In this document: positions 56,533 to 64,000 of the stretch, in pieces | Layout: every line of letters begins with the position of its first letter | Position numbering within the stretch: the stretch's first letter is position 1 | Source: Octopus vulgaris | Taxonomy: Eukaryota | Direction of reading: 5' to 3' | DNA length: 64,000 nt | Assembly: GCA_951406725.2 (NCBI GenBank) | Contig: OX597815.1 | Location: 215,078,001 to 215,142,000 of the forward strand | The notes under the pieces: model-generated | What the model was told of the DNA's origin: nothing | Seen by the model: only the letters and a program-made list of their open reading frames with translations | Database searches by the model: none | Position numbers and translations under genes: made by a program

Positions 56533-56680
56533 TTGCCTGGCTTAGCGGTTAGGATATCCGGCTCACTGTCATAAGGTCGTGAGTTCGATTCTCGGCGGCG
56601 CATTGTGTCTTTGAGCAAAACATTTTAGTTCACGTTGCTCCAGTCCACTCAACTGGCAAAAATGAGTTTTACCTGTAATT
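56533..56680 (+). mobile_element. SINE family C fragment
   Basis: TGGCTTAGCGGTTAGG..GAGTTCGATTC..GTTGCTCCAGTCCACTCA. Confidence 0.7.
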
Positions 56681-56877
56681 CACTACATATTTATGTTTAT
56701 TCTATTTCTTCACTTGAATGTTAACATTTTTTAATATTTATAGCACTATATTTTTTCTCTATTATTATTTTTATATACCATTATATATATATATATAATA
56801 ATAAATATTAGGGAATAAATCCAAATTTACAAGGAAAAATCAGATTTAAGATTGAATCCAATTTTATAGTAAAATAT

Positions 56878-57223
56878 TATATTATATCAAATTAGAGACA
56901 AAACCAATATTATACAAATCAAACAAAGAAAGACTTAAGCCAATACATAAAATAATTTATATAAATTAAAATTTAACACATGAATAACCACTACGATCGT
57001 TTCGTGTCAGCACATCTTAGACATTCTTCAGGTGGTTTCAAAACCTTCTTAGCTAAGAAGGTTTTGAAACCACCTGAAGAATGTCTAAGATGTGCTGACA
57101 CGAAACGATCGTAGTGGTTATTCATATGTTAAATTTTAATTTATATAAATTATTTTATGTATTGGCTTAAGTCTTTGTTTGATTTGTATAATAGTGGTTT
57201 TGTCTCTAATTTGATATAATATA
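56878..57223. repeat. Loopless palindrome (~172-bp arms, centre TTAG|CTAA); inverted Penelope-like terminal repeat
   Basis: Arms are reverse-complementary about 57052/57053 with a few substitutions and one 4-nt indel. Confidence 0.95.
57068..57119 (+). ncRNA. Type I hammerhead ribozyme motif (mirror copy on minus strand at 56986-57037)
   Basis: Stem I AACCAC/GTGGTT; CTGAAGA (57074-80); stem II TGTC/GACA; GAAA; palindromic stem III ACGATCGT; GTA triplet (57111-13). Confidence 0.85.
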
Positions 57224-57253
57224 TATATATATACACACACACATATATATGCA

Positions 57254-57955
57254 AGACGGCAAGCTGGCAGAATCATTAATACCGGACAAAATGCATTGCA
57301 GTATTACTTCCGGCTCTTCCTGGGTTCAAATGTTGCAGAGCTCCACTGGGGTCGTTGCAATTCACACCTCTGATCTCGTTGAAAAACTTAGAAGGAAATG
57401 GCAGCGAGCAGACGGACTCGTGTGTATGCCAAACAAAATGCTTAGCGGTATTTCGTCTGCCGCTACGTTCTGAGTTCAAATTCCGCCGAGGTCGACTTTG
57501 CCTTTCATCCTTTCGGGGTCGATAAATAAAGTGCCAGTTACGCACTGGGGTCAATGTAATCGACTTAATCCGTTTATCTGTCCTTGTTTGTCCTCTCTGT
57601 GTTTAGCCCCTTGTGGGTAGTAAAGAAATAGGTATTTCGTCCGTCTTTATGTTCTGAGTTCAAATTCCGCTTAGATCGACTTTACCTGTCATCTTTTCGG
57701 GTCGACAAAATAAGTAGCAGTCGAGCATAGGGGTCTATGTAATCGACAAGCCCCTCCTCAAAAACTCCAAGTCATGTTCCAGGTAAAGAACTAGTAGAAT
57801 CGTTAGGACGCCGGACAAAATACTTAGCAGCTATTCTTGTAGCATTACATCGTGAATTCAAATATTGCTGAAGTCGACTTTGCTTTTTAACCTTTCAAGG
57901 ATCGGTTTACCCCTCCCCTAAAATTACCGGCCTTATACCAAAGTATGAAACCATT
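57254..57955 (+). mobile_element. Family B SINE cluster
   Basis: Several head and B-box modules, including a dimeric copy at ~57400-57780. Confidence 0.8.
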
Positions 57956-58180
57956 ATGTTTATCTATAGCAAAACCTCCATAATCTAGAAACCCCTAAAA
58001 AGTATTAATCCATACCAAAATTAGAATCCCTGTGAAGGACGATCATACAATATTAATGTGTAGTATAATATATCACAACAAAACCACCATAAACCAAGAT
58101 CCCGAGTACAAGAATTTCAATAAGATTCACAATCATCATGCACGTCAAACGTACACTCGTCATCAGCAGCCTAACACATA

Positions 58181-58380
58181 ATCATTTCTTTACTACCCAC
58201 AAGGGGCTAAACAAGGTTAGATATCGACTCCAGTGTGTACTGGTTCTTAATTTATCGACCCCGAAAGGATGAAAGGCAAAGTCGACCTCGGCGGAATTTG
58301 AACTCAGAACGTAACGGCAGACGAAATACGGCTACGCATTTCGCCCAGCGTGCTAACGTTTCTGCCAGCTCGCCGCCTTA
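58181..58380 (-). mobile_element. Family B SINE with 13-bp TSD
   Basis: AGCCTAACACATA at 58168-58180 and 58381-58393. Confidence 0.9.
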
Positions 58381-58809
58381 AGCCTAACACATATAATGAT
58401 TGACGTACATGCAATCTAAACTGAATAATTTTTATATTCTCAAGATATAACTACTTCCTTCAAAAATTAAAGTATTACGCATAATAAATTTGAAATAATG
58501 TTAGATATTTTCATAATGTAGGTTGTCATATATGCTATACCAGATAGCAAGACTTTGTTTGACTGTGATTATTCATACAGACCGTAGGTAGATAATCCCG
58601 CTCTTGTTTAAAATCTAAAATAACAATAAAGGGAGATAACTACAATAAAATCAACAAATAGATATTTTTGTAACAAGAAGACTACCGAAATATAAGTACA
58701 ACAGTTGACTGGTGGAGGCAACGAATACGTTTTGGGCTTATTAAATATCTTCGGTGAAATATATTCTCCTCAGTTGGCAAGACATAGTGGTGTTATCAGT
58801 TTATCTCTG

Positions 58810-58851
58810 CGTGTATGTGTGTGTGTTTATGTGCTTCTGTGCACGCACACG

Positions 58852-58899
<48 letters not shown>

Positions 58900-58950
58900 T
58901 GTATGTGTGTATGTATGTATGTATGCATGTATATATATATATATATATAT

Positions 58951-59046
<96 letters not shown>

Positions 59047-59497
59047 TATATATTTACATATATATCTTTGCATGTAAAGATATGTATACATATATTTAGA
59101 TACATGCACATACCTAAATACATATACATAAATCGAGAGAGTGATCATTATATGTATGTGTGTGTGTATGTGTGTCTGTCTGTCTGTCTCTCTGTCTGTG
59201 TGTGTGTGTGTGTGTGTAAATAAATATATATATATATATATATATGCATATACACACCGTCGCTCGTGCAAGTACACATACACACCTCAAATGAGGGAAA
59301 GGAGCAAGAGATGTATATATATATATATATATATACACACACATACGTATCTGTGAGAATACACATGTATATATACATACACATGCATATATACATACAC
59401 ACACACACATATATATATGCATATATATTTGGATGTGTATTTAAATACTCATCCATCTGTGTCTGTTGTAAACAAGCTTTAAGTAAGTTTTTTATCA

Positions 59498-59550
<53 letters not shown>
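58810..59550. repeat. Compound (TA)/(TG)/(TATG)/(CT) microsatellite field
   Basis: Direct inspection. Confidence 0.95.
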
Positions 59551-59553
<3 letters not shown>

Positions 59554-59679
59554 ACTTTCTTCCAAACGTGAAATACTTGCAAACAACTTAGTATGTTTGC
59601 AGAAACACTTAAAGATGTAAATTTAATAGAAAAGTGAGATTTTAAAAGTGTCACTGCCTCTCACCTTTGATACACTATG

Positions 59680-60000
59680 ACATTCAGACAAATGCTTTCG
59701 ACTCTGGTGGCCCGATTCTCTCGCAGCGAGAGAATCTGATTTTGAGAAATTTTCTTGAAAAACTAGAAATGTTCTTTTTTTCTTTTTCTTCGAGGACTAC
59801 ACAGCTTGAATATATGATGGACTTAAAGTTAATGAACTTAAACAGGTCATCATTAAACGATACTTCGATGAAGAACTCAGCTTTAAGAAAGATATTCTTA
59901 CTCTGTCTATTATTTTATCCAAAGTGTGGGATCCTCGTTCTATGGTATTTACCTTATCACCGATATTGCCGGATAATGGAGTATATATAGATCTGCTATA
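59680..60000 (+). pseudogene. Possible very old Penelope-like RT remnant
   Basis: QTNAFDSGGPILSQRENLILRNFLEK resembles Q..G..MGSP.SP..AN.FM..LE; YLPYHRYC resembles YL.Y.S.HP. Confidence 0.35.
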
Positions 60001-60159
60001 CTCATTAGTATAGTCAACAGTCAGTGTCAAAGATGATCCCGAATAATGAATACTATTCACACATGTGTTGTGAGGATATTATGATGTCAAAATTGGCTTT
60101 GCAAATCCTATTTAAGGTAGTGAAGTCGTACACTGCGCTAGCTTTATATTTTTTGTCTT

Positions 60160-60386
60160 ACATGCTTCAGTCATTGGACTACTGCCATGCAAGGGCACCG
60201 CCTCGAAAGGATTAGTCGAACAGATCGATATCGATTCCCAGTACTTATTTTTCTTTAAGGTTGATACTTATGCTATCAGTCTCTTTTGCCCAACCGCTAA
60301 GTTACGGGGATGTAAACAAACCAACACTAGTTGTCACGCAATGATGGGGTACAAACATATACACAAAGGCACGCATACACACACGC

Positions 60387-60457
<71 letters not shown>

Positions 60458-60592
60458 CATACATACATACATACATACATACATACATACATACATACAT
60501 ACATACATACATACACGAGGGGCTTCTTTCAGTTTCTGTCTACCAAATCCACACACAAGGTGTGGATCGGTCCAGGGTTATTGTGGAGGACA
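60160..60592 (-). mobile_element. SINE family A copy with expanded internal microsatellite
   Basis: Reverse complement of the tail (22700-22910) and part of the head (GGGCTTCTTTCAGTTTCTGTCTACCAAATCCAC). Confidence 0.75.
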
Positions 60593-61888
60593 GTTATATG
60601 TATATATATTTATTTCTGTATTCTTGTAGCTCCATGTCTAGACATGCGCATATGTACTTAAAGGCTAAATTTTGGGAAAGTGTTATATTTTTGATAGTTC
60701 TATTGATGGCTGGTATCTATAATCTAATTAAGTTACTCCTTTCTGGTTTTGATAACCCTAATCTCTCACGATTAGAGCTTAACCAGTTTGTTACATATCC
60801 TTGTGCCCCCAATAATTACGGGTATAAACCTGAACTTGAAATCCGAGTAGAATAACAGTAAATGTCTCTGTAGTTGAGCGTAAATGTTTTATATTAGCTG
60901 ATTTTTAGCTTTATGCTGAGATCCGATGGGCAACTAATTTCCACTACAGTCCCTCTTCTCAGCCCCAAATCACTATTTCTGGTCTATTACGTTCGCATTT
61001 TATTGAGGTTTTTACTAAGACATTTCACCAGGACTCTTTCATATTATGAGCGGCTATGGCCTCTTCCACCCTATAGGTTTTTATCTCTTTAACCTCGGAT
61101 TATCTCTCCAACGGATCTCATTATACAGTGTCTTGGCTACATCATTATATCTCATTGGTAGATAATAATGCGATGTATATATGCATATATGTATGTATGC
61201 ATGCATGTATGTATGCATGCATGCATGCAGGTATGTATGTATGTATGTATGTATGTATGTATGTATGTATGTATGTGTGTATGTATGTATGTATGTATGT
61301 ATGTATGTATGTATGTATGTATGTGTATTAGTGTATGCATTCGTTTACCTAAGTGTCAGCATGAGTATTGTTAGAACTTTAACACAATCAAGTATTTGAT
61401 TAATTATTTTTCACAATCATTATTGTTTAATTCACTTAAAGGCTGATGATTTGGCTGTAGTGTTAGAGCGTCGAACAAATTTCCTTGCTGTATTTATTAA
61501 AACTCTTTGTGCTCTGAGTTCAAATCCCGCCGAGATCAACTTTACTTTTCATTCTTTTGTTGTCGATCACAAATTATCAGCCAAACGTTTGAGTCAAATT
61601 CATCCTCAGACCCTTTGCACTCACCCAAAATTCCGACTTTGTGTCTGTACAAGAAATTGATTTTTTATTTAGTTATCTACTTTCTTTTGATTCTTTTGTT
61701 ATATATTTTATTTATTATGTTTGTTATTGCTTGTGTATAATTAAGCATACGGATGTGATTTCGACGGTTAGAAGACAGCCTTGTTATCTATGCCTGCTTC
61801 ATCTAAAATACATCAACGCTTTTGTTGTATCTCGGAAGGGTTATTACGCCAATAATAAACACACACACACACACTGGGTCAATTTTAC

Positions 61889-61951
<63 letters not shown>

Positions 61952-61954
<3 letters not shown>

Positions 61955-63025
61955 TAGTTTTATTTTTATAGCGTGCTTTCACTTCACTACCGAGCTCAGC
62001 TCTGTGTGCCTTGGGTATGTGCTGTAATTTGTTGTGATGCTCTGATGGTTATTGTATGGAAAGTGTTCTGCGTAGGATGTGTGCAGTGCCTAGTAGTGCA
62101 ATTTTCTGTATGTTATATGTGTTTGTAAGTCCTGGTGTTTTTGTTATGTATTTGTCTGAATATTTTTTTATCATGCCTAATGCACCTACTATGATAGGAA
62201 TTGTTTCTGTTTTTAGATTCCACATTCTGGTTACCTCTATTTCCAGGTCTTTGTATTTTGAAAGTTTCTCCATTTCTTTTAGAGATACATTGTCATCTGC
62301 CGGTATTGATACATCAATTAGAAAGCATTTTTTTTCTTCATGATCTCTGACAACTATATCTGGTCTGTTGGCCTTAATTTCTCTATCTGTGTGTATCGGC
62401 ATATCCCAGAGTATGGTTGCTTTCTCGTTTTCTGTGACCTTTTCTGGTGTGTGCCTATACCATCTTTTTTCTGTTGTTATTCCATAATGTTGGCATAGCT
62501 TCCAATGTATGTAAGTTCCAACTCTGTCATGTCTGTGAATATATTCCTTCTTAGCCAGGACTGGGCAGCTAGAGATAATATGATTTATTGTTTCTTGTCC
62601 ATCTCCACATATTCTGCAGTTACTTGTAATATTTCTTTTCATTACATGTTTTTGGTAATTTCTGGTGGGGAGGCTTTGGTCTTGTGCTGCAATTAAAAAT
62701 CCCTCTGTTTCTGCTTTGAGTCCTGAGCTTCTCAACCATTGCTGGGATTTTTCTTTGTCTATTTCTTTTGCGTTTAGTTTAGTCCAGTATTTACCATGAA
62801 GGGGCTTTTCTTGCCATCGTTTTATCATGGTTCTTTGCTGTTCTATTTTTAGTTTGGATTTCATTTTTTTTATAGCTTTTGTTGTTTCTTCATCTTCTTC
62901 TTCTTCTTCATGTTTATTAGGTGGTATGATTTCTTGTTTGTATTTGTCAGCTTCCTTAAATACTGAGAACAGTTTTTTGTTTTGCTCGTGTTTTGCTGCT
63001 ATCTGGATCAGTTTTCCTTCCTTCC
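61952..63025 (-). mobile_element. 5'-truncated R4/Dong element (second family) inserted in (TAA)n
   Basis: Open ORF 62049-62864 with LHG, AAQDQ, CRIC..ETINHIISSC, RHD and RPDIVV..LIDVSIP..KY. Pure (TTA)n on both flanks. Confidence 0.93.
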
Positions 63026-63062
<37 letters not shown>

Positions 63063-63289
63063 TATTATTATTATTATTATTCAGTTGGTTAGTTATTTAA
63101 CTAACTAATCGATTGTTTGATTACTCATTCGGTTAATCACTCAGCCACAAGTTATGCTTGCCAAAGTCCTTTCGTCATTATTCTGAGTAGATTTGGTAGA
63201 CGGAAACCGAAAGAAGACCATGTATATATGTGTGTGTGTATGTGTGTGTGTCTGTGTGTGTCTATTATATATATAATATATATATATAT

Positions 63290-64000
63290 ATTTAAATAAT
63301 GAGGGAGATAAATTGAATATTAATTTAATTAATATCAATTTAAAACCAGTAGCCTAGCATATAAAAATCTGAGTAATTTATTCGGTGATAGACGAAACCG
63401 GTATACGATTAATTCTTGATTTTTATATAATTTTCATCTGTCTTGCCCGCCTATGTTCTGGTGTCCGCTGAATTTTCTCTGGAGAACATTCTTAGTAGTA
63501 GTTTGATCGTATGTGATCTACTTCTAGCAAATGGCTGCCCACATAGTGGTTTTTAGCCCTAAATATACACATGTATCGGAAGTTTCTCTGATTTTTCAGA
63601 TTTTTATATGCTACGCTACTGGTTTTAAATTGATATTAATTAAATTAATATTCTATTTATCTCCCTCATTATTTAAATGTTAAAAAAATTATGTTCTCTA
63701 ATAGGCAGCATTAACTGCAGTACATTATTTGCTGCAGAATTTGTTTCCGGAATTTAGCGCGCCAGAACTCAGACATTTGAAATTAACCACAATGTAATCG
63801 GTGAAATTAAGCACGTGTCTGGTTTTATACAGAAAACTGGTGGTTAGTTTTACAAATTATATTGCTTTTGGAACGATCGTACTGATGAATCTACGAACGA
63901 AGGATTACGTAATTTATTCGGTGATAGTCGAAATCGGTATACGATTAATTCTTGATTTTTATATAATTTTCATCTGTCTTGCCCGCCTATGTTCTGGTGT
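63290..64000 (+). mobile_element. Non-coding hammerhead-bearing tandem element (536-nt monomer) with inverted 5' arm
   Basis: 63373-63464 is repeated from 63909 onward. 63290-63372 is the reverse complement of 63596-63678. Confidence 0.85.
63876..63945 (+). ncRNA. Type I hammerhead ribozyme motif
   Basis: Stem I ATCGTA/TACGAT; CTGATGA (63882-88); long imperfect stem II; GAAA; stem III ATCGGT (ACCGGT in the upstream partial copy); GTA triplet (63937-39). Confidence 0.75.

Noticed and set aside
58705-61399. YI/CV/MYVC/HT-repeat ORFs here and elsewhere
   Set aside because: Translations of (TA)n, (TG)n and (TATG)n microsatellites.

Overview
AT-rich, repeat-saturated animal genomic DNA. The SINE families and microsatellite load suggest an octopus or other coleoid cephalopod (inference). 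I found no confident host protein-coding gene; most ORF-track entries are microsatellite artefacts. The window holds: (i) two near-identical R4/Dong-type (RT + restriction-like endonuclease) non-LTR elements sharing the same inactivating lesions, plus further R4/Dong 3' fragments in (TAA)n tracts; (ii) a non-autonomous Gypsy-type LTR element with ~1.07-kb LTRs, tRNA-Leu PBS and PPT; (iii) Tx1/L1, CR1, mariner and Helitron remnants and several tRNA-derived SINE families; (iv) a 629-bp foldback MITE with telomere-like repeats; (v) a 4.6-kb cryptic trinucleotide satellite with higher-order periodicity. The most striking signal is a set of short non-coding elements carrying type I hammerhead ribozyme motifs with palindromic stem III: two ~340-bp hairpin palindromes (34645-34983, 56878-57223), a 536-nt tandem monomer with an inverted 5' arm (63290-64000) and degenerate copies. 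Two ~700-nt non-coding tandem-monomer elements have similar architecture. Together these resemble a diverse Penelope-dependent, retrozyme-like population. All calls were made by eye; no searches or folding programs were run.
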